NCBI GenBank assembly: GCA_047631555.1
Contig: JBLHZY010000002.1
Location: 353,745-417,744 of the forward strand
Direction of reading: 5' to 3'
DNA: 64,000 nucleotides
Source of the DNA: Halocynthiibacter sp.
GTDB taxonomy: Bacteria > Pseudomonadota > Alphaproteobacteria > Rhodobacterales > Rhodobacteraceae
Shown: one piece after another, positions 49,059 through 58,801 of the stretch
Layout of the letters: each line of letters starts with the position of its first letter
Position numbering within the stretch: the stretch's first letter is position 1
Program-made: the position numbers and the translations under genes
The notes under the pieces: model-generated
The model's input: only the letters and a program-made list of their open reading frames with translations
What the model was told of the DNA's origin: nothing
Databases searched by the model: none

Positions 49059-49832
49059 ATGGAAAAGACATTATTGAAGGCGCCTGTTTTGGCGTTTGGC
49101 ACAGCGACATTGCTATCTGGTTGCGTCATTGGCAATTTCGATGCGGCCAAGAGTTTCGCTTCAAATGAGGAAGCATATCGCCTGCTTAGCAGCGCGCCAT
49201 TGGTTCAGGCCGCCGATATTCCGACGGGCTCGGTCAGCTATTCCGGCGGTATCCTTGTTGAAAGAGAGGCCCGCTCCAAAGGCGTTCTGAACACGGGGCT
49301 TGCAGCGGATCTTGAAAATCCCGACGTTCATTATATCGTTGCAAAGATGGATGTAGATGTTGCTTTCGATGACTCCACTACAGATTTTACGCTGTCGAAA
49401 TTTCAGCGCGCAACAGCGCCGGTTTCCATTTTCGATCTAGGCAGCGAGCCGAATGCCGAGGGGGATCTCGCGATTGATCCCAATGATATCGTCTTGGGCG
49501 AAGCTTTTAGCGGCACAGTCACAGCACAGGGCAGCGTGCTTGCAGATTTTTCCGGTGTGCTGGCGTACGCTTCTTCCTACGGATCGACGCTAACCACCGG
49601 GAGCGGCGCCACCCTTCAAGCGCATGAGGTGGATTTCAGTGCTGGGCTAAACCTGCGCAGCACGGGGGGCGAAAATTTCTTGCTTGGGCATGCCGGGCTA
49701 CAGATTCTAACTGAAGTTGCCATTTCGGACGAGCCATCGGGCGATCTTGAATCGACTGGAGATGCTGAACCGATTATCGTTCAGCTTCGCGAGGGGTATT
49801 CGGGCTCTGGTTACGCTGTTCAGACGGATTGA
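49059..49832 (+). CDS. Lipoprotein, paralog 4 of 4.
   Basis: Lipobox TLLSGC is present. Blocks are FDAAKSF, PTGSVSYSGGILVE, YIVAKMDVDVAFDD, SKFQRATAPVSIF, LTTGSGATL, FLLG and YSGSGYAVQTD. AAGGAG lies upstream of the ATG. Confidence 0.75.
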   Translation: MEKTLLKAPVLAFGTATLLSGCVIGNFDAAKSFASNEEAYRLLSSAPLVQAADIPTGSVSYSGGILVEREARSKGVLNTGLAADLENPDVHYIVAKMDVDVAFDDSTTDFTLSKFQRATAPVSIFDLGSEPNAEGDLAIDPNDIVLGEAFSGTVTAQGSVLADFSGVLAYASSYGSTLTTGSGATLQAHEVDFSAGLNLRSTGGENFLLGHAGLQILTEVAISDEPSGDLESTGDAEPIIVQLREGYSGSGYAVQTD

Positions 49833-49840
49833 TCCAAGAC

Positions 49841-49890
49841 AGGCCCGCTGCTTTGCGCGACTCACTTGCGAGTGGCGGGCCTGTGGTTTA
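49841..49890 (+). terminator. Terminator-like hairpin after paralog 4.
   Basis: aggcccgc / gcgggcct arms are present. The T-run (gtggttta) is weaker than in the other three copies. Confidence 0.5.
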
Positions 49891-50050
49891 TGGCTCTGCG
49901 TATGAAACACATCTTTGATATGGATGATCGTGCGCGTTTACCGTGGCGCTTTTTTGGCGCAACGCTGACAGTGCTTGCCCTGCAATAGGCCGGGCCCGTT
50001 TTCGCACGTCTACATACCTTCAAAATTCACATCATACCGGAGAGCGCAAC

Positions 50051-51457
50051 ATGACCGCCCCGAAGACCCTTTATGATAAAATCTGGGATGCCCATATCGC
50101 CGATGAGGCCGAAGATGGCACGACCCTGCTTTATATTGATCGCCACCTTGTTCACGAGGTGACATCCCCGCAAGCCTTTGAAGGCCTGCGTTTGGCGGGG
50201 CGCTCTGTGCGCGCGCCGGATAAAACGATCGCTGTGCCGGATCACAACGTGCCAACGACGCTTGATCGCGCTGAAGGCATCAAGAATGAAGAGAGCCGCA
50301 TTCAGGTTGATGCGCTGGATAAGAACGCCAAGGATTTCGGCATTCACTATTATCCCGTGTCCGACGTGCGCCAAGGCATCGTGCATATTGTTGGCCCCGA
50401 GCAGGGCTGGACGTTGCCCGGCATGACCGTTGTTTGCGGCGATAGCCACACAGCAACGCACGGCGCATTCGGTGCCCTCGCGCATGGTATCGGAACTTCC
50501 GAGGTCGAGCATGTTTTGGCAACGCAAACGTTGATCCAGAAGAAATCCAAGAACATGAAGGTTGAGATCACCGGCAAACTGATGCCCGGTGTCACGGCCA
50601 AGGATATCACCCTTGCGGTGATCGGCGAAACCGGCACAGCCGGCGGCACAGGCTATGTGATCGAATATACCGGCGAGGCGATCCGTGCGCTTTCGATGGA
50701 AGGCCGCATGACTGTTTGTAACATGGCGATTGAAGGCGGCGCGCGCGCTGGTCTGATCGCGCCGGATGAGACCACATATGAATATGTCAAAGGCCGCCCG
50801 CACGCCCCTAAGGGCGCGCAATGGGAAGCCGCTCTGACATGGTGGAAAACGCTCTTTAGCGATGAAGATGCGGTTTTTGATAAGGTCGTGACGCTCAAAG
50901 GCGAAGACATTGCGCCCGTGGTCACTTGGGGCACATCGCCTGAGGATGTTTTGCCGATCTCGGCGAATATCCCTGCGGCGTCTGATTTCAAGGGCGGCAA
51001 GGTTGATGCTGCGCAGCGCTCGCTTGATTACATGGGTCTTGAGCCCGGCAAGCCGCTTACCTCGATCGAAATCGATACGGTCTTTATTGGCTCCTGCACC
51101 AACGGGCGGATCGAGGATCTGCGCGCTGCGGCGGCGATCCTGAAGGGCAAGAAGATCAAAGAGGGCATGCGCGCGATGATCGTGCCCGGCTCGGGCCTTG
51201 TGCGTGCGCAGGCCGAAGAAGAGGGCCTCGCGGATATTTTCAAAGAGGCTGGCTTTGAATGGCGCCTTGCGGGCTGTTCGATGTGTCTTGCGATGAACCC
51301 GGATCAGCTTGCGCCGGGCGAGCGCTGTGCTGCGACCTCCAACCGCAACTTTGAAGGTCGTCAGGGGCGCGGTGGACGCACCCATTTGATGAGCCCCGCC
51401 ATGGCAGCTGCCGCCGCGATCACCGGTCATCTGACCGATGTTCGCGAGATGATGTAA
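50051..51457 (+). CDS. leuC: 3-isopropylmalate dehydratase large subunit.
   Basis: It starts [15 protein letters not shown] and carries VCGDSHT and [11 protein letters not shown] (Fe-S ligands). Confidence 0.95.
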   Translation: MTAPKTLYDKIWDAHIADEAEDGTTLLYIDRHLVHEVTSPQAFEGLRLAGRSVRAPDKTIAVPDHNVPTTLDRAEGIKNEESRIQVDALDKNAKDFGIHYYPVSDVRQGIVHIVGPEQGWTLPGMTVVCGDSHTATHGAFGALAHGIGTSEVEHVLATQTLIQKKSKNMKVEITGKLMPGVTAKDITLAVIGETGTAGGTGYVIEYTGEAIRALSMEGRMTVCNMAIEGGARAGLIAPDETTYEYVKGRPHAPKGAQWEAALTWWKTLFSDEDAVFDKVVTLKGEDIAPVVTWGTSPEDVLPISANIPAASDFKGGKVDAAQRSLDYMGLEPGKPLTSIEIDTVFIGSCTNGRIEDLRAAAAILKGKKIKEGMRAMIVPGSGLVRAQAEEEGLADIFKEAGFEWRLAGCSMCLAMNPDQLAPGERCAATSNRNFEGRQGRGGRTHLMSPAMAAAAAITGHLTDVREMM

Positions 51458-51469
51458 GGAGAGCGGATT

Positions 51470-52075
51470 ATGGATAAGTTTGAAAAAATCACAGGCGTTG
51501 CCGCGCCGATGCCGCTGATCAACATCGATACCGATATGATCATCCCCAAGGTTTTTCTCAAAACCATCAAGCGTTCTGGGCTTGGCGTGAGCCTGTTTGC
51601 CGAGATGCGTTATAATGACGATGGCAGCGAGGTTGCGGATTTTGTGCTCAACAAGCCAGCCTACCGTGATGCGGATATCATCGTGGCCGGCGATAATTTT
51701 GGCTGTGGCTCCTCGCGCGAACATGCGCCTTGGGCGATCAAGGATTTCGGTATCAGCTGCGTGATCTCAACCAGCTTTGCCGATATCTTTTTCAACAACT
51801 GTTTCAAGAATGGCATCCTGCCGATCATCCTGCCTCAAGAGCAGGTTGATGCCTTGATGAAGGACGCAGAAAAAGGCGCCAATGCGCGCATGACTGTTGA
51901 TCTCGAAGCGCAAGAGATCACCTCATCCGATGGGCAAGTCTTCCCGTTCGAGGTTGATGCGTTCAAGAAGCATTGCTTGCTTGAGGGATTGGATGACATC
52001 GGCCTGACCATGGCCAAAGTCTCCTCGATTGATGCCTATGAGGCACTTGCGTCGCAATCGCGCCCTTGGGTCTGA
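51470..52075 (+). CDS. leuD: 3-isopropylmalate dehydratase small subunit.
   Basis: 201 aa, with [16 protein letters not shown]. Confidence 0.95.
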   Translation: MDKFEKITGVAAPMPLINIDTDMIIPKVFLKTIKRSGLGVSLFAEMRYNDDGSEVADFVLNKPAYRDADIIVAGDNFGCGSSREHAPWAIKDFGISCVISTSFADIFFNNCFKNGILPIILPQEQVDALMKDAEKGANARMTVDLEAQEITSSDGQVFPFEVDAFKKHCLLEGLDDIGLTMAKVSSIDAYEALASQSRPWV

Positions 52076-52160
52076 TATCCGCGCGCGGACGATTGTTTCG
52101 CGCCCGAAGGGTTTGATTTCAAGCTTTTAGCGGTCAGAGCGCACTGAACCACAAGATATA

Positions 52161-52190
52161 GGGTCGCCCCTCACGGGCGGCCCTTTTTCG
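52161..52190 (+). terminator. Rho-independent terminator downstream of leuCD.
   Basis: gggtcgccc / gggcggccc stem with loop ctcac, then ttttt. Confidence 0.65.
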
Positions 52191-52392
52191 TTTCCAAATT
52201 GATGCAAAGTCGCACCAGTTTGTTCACAAACTCGCCCTAATGATTTCGTTAACCTTAACCAACACTTGCTGGACGACAGGAAAGAAGGCAAAAATTGGGC
52301 AACAATGAGGCAAGCTGCCACAAACGGCAGTATCAAAATGGGACAAGGGCGCGGCAACGCATCGCATCCGTCCAATTTGAGGGTAGAAAACG

Positions 52393-53232
52393 GTGATTTC
52401 TCGGCTGGCAGGCGCAATTTTGCGCGCGATTTTTGTGGTGTTGCTGATTGCAACGCCCTCGCTGCTGTTGCCTGGGGTAACATCGGACACAACGCAGATC
52501 GTCTCGCTTGTTGCGATCTTTGCCGCCGCGCTGACCCTGTTTGAATACGCCTCTGTATATCCCGGCCTTGTTGAATTTCGCGACGCGCCGCCGTTTAACC
52601 GCATCCGCTTTGTCTCGCTCTTTCTGACGGTTTTCTTGCTGACAATGATCTCGCGCGGCATCTCCTCGCCAACAACCGCGACCCAGTTCATTACCGCGAT
52701 TGGCGCCCTTATTGGCCATGTCCTCGATTTCCCCTATTCACCTGTGCGCTTGATGGTTCTGATGCTGCCCGAAGGCACGCCAGAGAGCCAAGTTCTTATG
52801 GTGCGCACGGCGGCTGGGATGAGCTATCTGATCTCGCTTTTGTCGCTGGTGACATTCCTTATGGCGCTCAGAATGCAGAAATGGCCGACCCGCTCTGGAT
52901 CGTTCAATGTCTGGATTAACCTGCCGACCTTTGATCCCACTGCGGGCGGCGATGTGGTTGCGCGGCTTGAGCGGGATGCGCGCTTTAACATCGCGCTTGG
53001 ATTTCTTTTGCCCTTCCTGATCCCGGCTGTGCTAAAATCGGCCTCTGATCTGTTTGGATCGGTCACGATGGATAATTCGCAAACCCTGATTTGGACAATT
53101 GCTGCATGGGCCTTTCTTCCTGCTTCTCTGTTTATGCGCGGCATCGCGATGGGCAAGATCGCCGAGATGATCGCCTCAAAGCGCCGTCTTTCCTACGCGG
53201 CTTCAGAAGAGCATCCTTATCAGCCTGCTTGA
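52393..53232 (+). CDS. Hypothetical polytopic membrane protein.
   Basis: It has about 6 hydrophobic segments. The start is GTG 52393 with GAGGG upstream. I recognise no family. Confidence 0.55.
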   Translation: MISRLAGAILRAIFVVLLIATPSLLLPGVTSDTTQIVSLVAIFAAALTLFEYASVYPGLVEFRDAPPFNRIRFVSLFLTVFLLTMISRGISSPTTATQFITAIGALIGHVLDFPYSPVRLMVLMLPEGTPESQVLMVRTAAGMSYLISLLSLVTFLMALRMQKWPTRSGSFNVWINLPTFDPTAGGDVVARLERDARFNIALGFLLPFLIPAVLKSASDLFGSVTMDNSQTLIWTIAAWAFLPASLFMRGIAMGKIAEMIASKRRLSYAASEEHPYQPA

Positions 53233-54311
53233 TCGCTTTGCTGCCCTTCGGGGCGGCGGCTGAAACGATCCGCATCGCGACCTATCACACAGAGCTTTCG
53301 CGCAAAGGGCCGGGACTTTTGCTGCACGATATTCTGGGTGAGAAGGATGCGCAGGTAAATGCGGTTGCGAGCGTGATTTCGCATATCTCCCCTGATGTTA
53401 TCCTGCTTCTCGATTTTGATTTTGATTATGATCTGGTTGCGCTGAAGGCTTTTGGCGCGCGCCTTGGCTATCCTCATGCCTTTGCACGGATGCCCAATTC
53501 AGGGCTTGAAACTGGGCTTGATATGGATGGCGATGGGCGGCTTGGCGGGCCGCGGGATGCGCAGAGCTTTGGATATTTTACCGGGCAGGGCGGGATGGCT
53601 GTTTTATCGCGCTTGCCGATCTTGGCAGACGAGGCGCGCGATTTTTCGCAGATGCTTTGGCGAGACATCCCGCAGGCGCAACTGCCGGTGAAAGCCGATG
53701 GCGCGCCGTTCTATTCAGATGAGGCCTTGGCGCTTTTGCGGCTTTCTTCGGTGGGTCATTGGGATGTTCCTTTTGCGCTTCCCGATGGCACGATCGCGCA
53801 TCTTTTGGCCTATCACGCAGGTACCCCAGTTTTCGACGGCCCCGAAGATCGCAACGGCTTGCGCAACGCCGATGAGCAGCGCCTTTGGCGGCTTTATCTG
53901 GATGGGGCATTGCCGGGGATTGAGGCGCCAAACGGGCCGTTGATTTTGGCCGGAAGCGCCAATCTTGATCCCGAAGATGGCGCCGGAAAGCGCGAAGCGA
54001 TCAAAGCGCTTTTGGCCCATCCCCGCCTCGTTGATCCTATGCCCAAGTCTGAGGGCGCGCGCCTTGCAGGGGATAGTGGCGTGAATGCGGATCATCGCGG
54101 CGATCCGGCGCTTGATACGGCAGATTGGAAGGACGAGGGCAACAGCCCTGGCAATCTGCGGGTCGATTATCTGCTGCCCTCAACCGAGTGGGAGGTGATT
54201 GACGCGGGCGTACTATGGCCCGCGCCTGATGACCCTGAGGCTGAGATACTAGGAAGCGGGAAGGGCCGTGCCAGCCGCCACGCTTTGACCTGGGTGGATT
54301 TGCGGCGGTAG
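53229..54311 (+). CDS. Endonuclease/exonuclease/phosphatase (EEP) family protein, probably secreted.
   Basis: Seen: IRIATYHTELSRKGPGLLL, VILLLDFD, and C-terminal DHRGDPALDTADW...RVDYLLPS and SRHALTWVDL. The start is uncertain. I chose TTG 53229, which overlaps the previous stop; the track gives 53091. Confidence 0.6.
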   Translation: MIALLPFGAAAETIRIATYHTELSRKGPGLLLHDILGEKDAQVNAVASVISHISPDVILLLDFDFDYDLVALKAFGARLGYPHAFARMPNSGLETGLDMDGDGRLGGPRDAQSFGYFTGQGGMAVLSRLPILADEARDFSQMLWRDIPQAQLPVKADGAPFYSDEALALLRLSSVGHWDVPFALPDGTIAHLLAYHAGTPVFDGPEDRNGLRNADEQRLWRLYLDGALPGIEAPNGPLILAGSANLDPEDGAGKREAIKALLAHPRLVDPMPKSEGARLAGDSGVNADHRGDPALDTADWKDEGNSPGNLRVDYLLPSTEWEVIDAGVLWPAPDDPEAEILGSGKGRASRHALTWVDLRR

Positions 54312-55157
54312 CGCTGCGATCATCACCTCGTGAAGGGGCGTTGGCGCAAAATCAGGCAGCAAGCGCGCCAGCTTTTCGCTGCTCATTGAGTGAGGATGGT
54401 TCCAGAGGTAACGCATTTCACGCAGCTCGCGCGCCAGTTCCCAAAAGGGTGAAGCCAAGCTCATCAGCCACCAAGGAAAGCCCGCAATTTTGATCTCGCG
54501 GTCAAGGGCGGCGCTAAGGCCTGCGGCCAGTTCGCGCGCGGTGAAGCTGTGGCCAGCAAAGGGCACGTCTTCGAAGCGCTCTAAGCGATCTTCTGCATCG
54601 CAAAGCGCCACCATCGCGCGCGCCCAATCGGGCACATAGGCAAAGGCTTGCAGCGTATCAAATCCACCCGGTGAGGTGATTTTGCCCTTCTTGATTGAGG
54701 TGAGATAGACCAAGCTCATCACACAGCCGTTGCGATCTGGGTCGATGAAATTACCGGCGCGCAGGATCAAGGTTTTGACACCCGCATTGCGATAGGCGGC
54801 TTCCATATCAACCCGGATTTGCCCTTTGCGGCTGCACGGGGTTTGCGGGGTTGTGGCGCTCCAAGGGGCAGGGGCTTTGCCGAAATTATAGACGTTGCCA
54901 GGGATGACAACGCGCGCGCCGCTGGATTTGGCGGCGGCGATCACTTGGGCGGTGATCTGGGGAATGATCTGCGCCCAGTTGTGATAGTTTGGCGGGTTCA
55001 GCCCGTTCATGATCACGTCAACACCTTGGGCTTGGCGGGTCATATCGCCTGCTTTGCGATCATAAAGGCGAACGTTCCAGCCCGCCGCTTCAAAGGCTTT
55101 GGCGCTATGAATGCCGAGCTTGCCGGATGCGCCGAGGATAAGGGCAGTTTTGGCCAT
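54249..55157 (-). CDS. NAD(P)-dependent epimerase/dehydratase-like SDR (atypical).
   Basis: The N-terminus has the Rossmann motif LILGASGKLG. It is divergent from a LysR gene. Confidence 0.7.
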   Translation of the reverse strand: MAKTALILGASGKLGIHSAKAFEAAGWNVRLYDRKAGDMTRQAQGVDVIMNGLNPPNYHNWAQIIPQITAQVIAAAKSSGARVVIPGNVYNFGKAPAPWSATTPQTPCSRKGQIRVDMEAAYRNAGVKTLILRAGNFIDPDRNGCVMSLVYLTSIKKGKITSPGGFDTLQAFAYVPDWARAMVALCDAEDRLERFEDVPFAGHSFTARELAAGLSAALDREIKIAGFPWWLMSLASPFWELARELREMRYLWNHPHSMSSEKLARLLPDFAPTPLHEVMIAALPPQIHPGQSVAAGTALPAS

Positions 55158-55249
55158 TTGGGCCTCCTTTTGTTTTGCTGAGAGGAGATTGCCCCATTCA
55201 TATGCATTTAGAAATTGCCTGAATTTGCAGATATGATATTCAGAAGTGA

Positions 55250-56179
55250 ATGGCTATTGGCTCCTCTCCTGATTGGACATTGCTTCAATCCTTTGCTGCT
55301 GTGGCAAAGCATGGCTCGCTTTCGGCGGCCGCCCGTAGCCTTGGAGCGAGCCAGCCGACCTTGGGGCGCCATATCAAAACGCTTGAGGAAAGCCTTGGCG
55401 CGCCGCTGTTTACCCGGATCGCGCGCGGGCTTGAGCCAACGGAACTTGGGCTTGAACTGCTTGAAGAGGCCGGGCGGATGGAGGCGGCGGCGGCGCGGAT
55501 GAGCCTGATCGCCGAAGGGCGCAGCACCGAGCTGCGCGGCACAGTGCGCCTCACCGCCAGCGTTTATGTGTCCCATTTCATCCTGCCGCAGATCATCGCC
55601 AATATTCGCCGCCTTGAGCCGCAGATCGAGATTGAACTCGCGCCCTCAGACACGACCGAAAACCTGATCTTTCGCGAGGCGGATATTGCCCTGCGGATGT
55701 ATCGCCCCGAGCAGCTTGATGTGATCACCCGCCATGTTGGGAATACGCCGATCGGCCTTTATGGCGCGCGCAGTTACTTGGATCGAACCGGGCGGCCCGA
55801 GACAATCGAGGAAGCGTTGAAGCTTGATTTCGTCGGCTATGATCGCAGCGATTTGATGCTGCGCGGGATGCGCCAAATGGGGCTTGAGATTGATCGCGAT
55901 TTCTTTTCAGTGCGTTGCGATGATCAGGCTGCGTATTGGCATCTGGTGCGGGCCGGTTGCGGGATTGGGGCGGCGCAGCGGGTCGTGGCGGATAAGGACC
56001 CGTTGCTTGAGCGGATATTGCCTGATTTGCCCTTGCCGCCTTTGCCGATCTGGCTTGCTGCGCCCGAGGCCTTGCGGCGCAATCCGCGCATTCGCCGCGT
56101 TTGGGATTTGCTCGCTGAGGGGCTTGCGCAGGCCGGAATTGAACGCGGCGCGCGCCAAGAAAACCCCAGCATAGCTTGA
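55250..56179 (+). CDS. LysR family transcriptional regulator.
   Basis: It has an N-terminal wHTH (LQSFAAVAKHGSLSAAARSLGASQPTLGRHIKTLEESLG) and a LysR substrate-binding domain. Confidence 0.9.
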   Translation: MAIGSSPDWTLLQSFAAVAKHGSLSAAARSLGASQPTLGRHIKTLEESLGAPLFTRIARGLEPTELGLELLEEAGRMEAAAARMSLIAEGRSTELRGTVRLTASVYVSHFILPQIIANIRRLEPQIEIELAPSDTTENLIFREADIALRMYRPEQLDVITRHVGNTPIGLYGARSYLDRTGRPETIEEALKLDFVGYDRSDLMLRGMRQMGLEIDRDFFSVRCDDQAAYWHLVRAGCGIGAAQRVVADKDPLLERILPDLPLPPLPIWLAAPEALRRNPRIRRVWDLLAEGLAQAGIERGARQENPSIA

Positions 56180-56239
56180 CCCTTTGTGCGCAAGGGGCTA
56201 CCCCGCTTGGCGAATGTTACAGATCGCAGGAATCCCGCT

Positions 56240-57346
56240 ATGAGCAACCCGTCCCTCCTTATCCTTGCCGGTGATGGCATTGGCCCCGAAGTTATGGCGC
56301 AAGTCACGCGGATCATTGATTGGTACGGCGAAAAGCGCGACCTGAAATTCGATGTCTCCGAAGACCTTGTTGGCGGGGCGGCATATGATGTGCATGGCAC
56401 GCCGCTCACGGATGAAACGATGGAGCGCGCACAGGCGGCGGACGCTGTTTTGCTTGGCGCCGTTGGTGGGCCGAAATACGATGTGCTCGATTTCTCAGTC
56501 AAGCCTGAGCGCGGGTTGTTGCGCCTTCGCAAGGAGATGGACCTGTTCTCGAACCTGCGCCCGGCGCAGTGCTTTGATGCGCTTGCGGATTTCTCTTCCC
56601 TGAAGCGCGAAGTTGTTGCTGGCCTCGATATCATGATCGTGCGCGAACTGACTTCGGGCATCTATTTCGGCGAGCCGCGCGGCATCTTCAAAGAGGGCAA
56701 TGAGCGCGTTGGCATCAACACGCAGCGCTACACCGAGAGCGAGATCGCCCGCGTTGCGCGCTCCGCTTTTGAACTGGCGCGCCGCCGTGGCAACAAGGTT
56801 TGCTCGATGGAGAAAGCCAATGTGATGGAGAGCGGGATTTTGTGGCGCGAAGTCGTTACGGAAATCCATGCGGCCGAGTACCCTGATGTTGAGTTGAGCC
56901 ATATGTATGCGGATGCAGGCGCGATGCAGCTTTGCCGCTGGCCCAAGCAATTTGATGTGATCGTAACCGACAATCTCTTTGGCGATCTGCTGTCGGATGC
57001 GGCGGCGATGCTCACCGGCTCGCTTGGCATGCTGCCTTCCGCTTCGCTTGGCGCTCCAATGGAAAATGGTCGTCCCAAAGCATTGTATGAGCCGGTTCAC
57101 GGCTCGGCTCCCGATATCGCGGGCCAAGGCAAGGCCAACCCGATCGCTTGTATCCTCAGCTTTGCCATGGCGCTTCGTTATAGCTTTGATCAGGGTGCTG
57201 AGGCGGATCGCTTGGAAGCGGCAGTTGAGGCTGTTTTGGCCAAGGGCGTTCGCACCGCTGATTTGCTGAATGATGAGGGCATCGCGCCAGCGACCACATC
57301 CGAGATGGGCGATGCTGTTTTGGAAGCGCTTAACGCGAGCCTTTAA
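56240..57346 (+). CDS. leuB: 3-isopropylmalate dehydrogenase.
   Basis: It starts [18 protein letters not shown] and carries NLFGDLLSD and [11 protein letters not shown]. Confidence 0.95.
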   Translation: MSNPSLLILAGDGIGPEVMAQVTRIIDWYGEKRDLKFDVSEDLVGGAAYDVHGTPLTDETMERAQAADAVLLGAVGGPKYDVLDFSVKPERGLLRLRKEMDLFSNLRPAQCFDALADFSSLKREVVAGLDIMIVRELTSGIYFGEPRGIFKEGNERVGINTQRYTESEIARVARSAFELARRRGNKVCSMEKANVMESGILWREVVTEIHAAEYPDVELSHMYADAGAMQLCRWPKQFDVIVTDNLFGDLLSDAAAMLTGSLGMLPSASLGAPMENGRPKALYEPVHGSAPDIAGQGKANPIACILSFAMALRYSFDQGAEADRLEAAVEAVLAKGVRTADLLNDEGIAPATTSEMGDAVLEALNASL

Positions 57347-57368
57347 GGGCACGAACATAAGATTTGAA

Positions 57369-57400
57369 AGGGCGCTCCTCGGGGCGCTCTTTTTCTTTTG
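57369..57400 (+). terminator. Terminator downstream of leuB.
   Basis: A short stem gggcgc/gcgctc (one G-U pair) with an 8-nt loop is followed by tttttctttt. Confidence 0.55.
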
Positions 57401-57461
57401 GGGGGCGAAAATATTAGCATGCTGCCTTACCTCTGTTACATAATTCGCATATCCATGAAAT

Positions 57462-57806
57462 ATGGAACAAATGATTCCCAACCAACTCACCTGTCTTGGC
57501 CATCCGCAGCGGCTGGCCGTTTTTCGCATGTTGATGCGCTGCTATCCCGAAGCCGCCCCTGCGGGCGAGATTGCGGCGAAACTTGATATCAAAGCCTCGA
57601 CCCTTTCGGTCTATCTCTCGGCGCTGCGTACGGCAGGGCTGATCGAGCAAGCCCGCGTAGGGACATCGCTTCGGTACACGGCGCGGGTAAAAACGGCGCA
57701 AGATTTGGTGCAATTTCTATTTGATGAATGCTGCACGGCGGGCGGGGGCGCGAATGAAAGCGCCTGTTTGCCGCCGCTGTGCTTTCCAACGGAGACAGCG
57801 AAATGA
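57462..57806 (+). CDS. arsR: ArsR/SmtB family metalloregulator with a C-terminal Cys cluster.
   Basis: It has a wHTH ([13 protein letters not shown]...[28 protein letters not shown]) and the C-terminal sequence DECC...ESAC. Its stop overlaps the next start as ATGA. Confidence 0.85.
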   Translation: MEQMIPNQLTCLGHPQRLAVFRMLMRCYPEAAPAGEIAAKLDIKASTLSVYLSALRTAGLIEQARVGTSLRYTARVKTAQDLVQFLFDECCTAGGGANESACLPPLCFPTETAK

Positions 57807-58801
57807 CGACTTATGCGATCAATGGTTTGGGGCGGATGGGCAAGCTGGCCCTGCGCCCATTGATAGAGAGCGGGGCGAAGATTGCTTGGCTCAATGATGC
57901 GGTTGGTGATCCTGCGATGCACGCGCATCTTCTGGAATTTGATAGCGTTCATGGGCGCTGGGCCGCGGATTTTCAGAGTGATGAGAGCAGCATCTCGATT
58001 GATGGATTGCGCTTGCCTGTGCATTGCACCCGCGCGCTGAACGAGCTGCCGCTGGCGGGCGTTGATGTTGTGATTGATTGCACGGGCGCGTTTAAAACTG
58101 AGGCCAAGCTTGCGCCCTATTTTGCCGCTGGCGTTAAGAAGGTCGTCGTTTCGGCCCCGGTGAAAGAAGCGAGCGCGGCCAATATCGTTTTTGGGGTGAA
58201 CAACGCGGATTATGACCCCAAGCTGCATCGCATCGTTACAGCGGCGAGTTGTACGACCAATTGCCTCGCGCCGGTGGTGAAGGTGATCCACGAAGGCTTG
58301 GGCATTCGCCACGGCTCGATCACCACAATCCATGATGTGACCAACACACAAACCATCGTTGATCGCCCGGCCAAGGACATGCGGCGCGCGCGTTCGGCCC
58401 TAACAAACCTGATCCCAACGACGACGGGTTCGGCGACAGCGATTACGCTGATTTACCCCGAGCTCAAGGGCAAACTAAACGGTCATGCGGTGCGGGTTCC
58501 GCTGCTGAATGCCTCGCTAACCGATTGTGTTTTTGAGGTCGAGCGGGCGACCACTGCCGAGGAAGTAAACGCGCTTTTTGAGGCGGCTGCAAACGGACCG
58601 CTTGCGGGCATTCTGGGCTATGAGACCCGCCCGCTTGTGTCCTCAGATTATACCAACGATCCGCGCTCTAGCATCATTGATGCGCCCTCAACCATGGTGA
58701 TCAATGGCACGCAGGTGAAGATTTATGCGTGGTATGATAACGAATGGGGCTATGCGAACCGCCTTATTGATGTGGCGCTGATGGTCGGCAAATCTCTGTG
58801 A
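57803..58801 (+). CDS. ArsJ-associated glyceraldehyde-3-phosphate dehydrogenase.
   Basis: It has [10 protein letters not shown], the active site SCTTNCLAP, and WYDNEWGY. It sits between arsR and arsJ with overlapping start/stop codons. Confidence 0.9.
   Translation: MTTYAINGLGRMGKLALRPLIESGAKIAWLNDAVGDPAMHAHLLEFDSVHGRWAADFQSDESSISIDGLRLPVHCTRALNELPLAGVDVVIDCTGAFKTEAKLAPYFAAGVKKVVVSAPVKEASAANIVFGVNNADYDPKLHRIVTAASCTTNCLAPVVKVIHEGLGIRHGSITTIHDVTNTQTIVDRPAKDMRRARSALTNLIPTTTGSATAITLIYPELKGKLNGHAVRVPLLNASLTDCVFEVERATTAEEVNALFEAAANGPLAGILGYETRPLVSSDYTNDPRSSIIDAPSTMVINGTQVKIYAWYDNEWGYANRLIDVALMVGKSL

Noticed and set aside
49902-49988. A 28-codon ORF ([28 protein letters not shown]) upstream of leuC, considered as a leucine leader peptide or attenuator.
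   Set aside because: It has only four scattered Leu codons and no Leu run. No convincing alternative terminator/antiterminator pairing was found by eye.
50027-51724. A 565-aa minus-strand ORF spanning leuC and leuD.
   Set aside because: It is antisense to two unmistakable leu genes. The product is Arg/His/Ala-rich with no domain signature. It is a GC-driven artefact.
57371-57389. A direct repeat GGGCGCTC...GGGCGCTC after leuB, first read as an inverted repeat.
   Set aside because: On checking, the two copies are direct, not inverted. Only a 6-bp stem (with one G-U pair) forms, so I kept it as a moderate-confidence terminator only.
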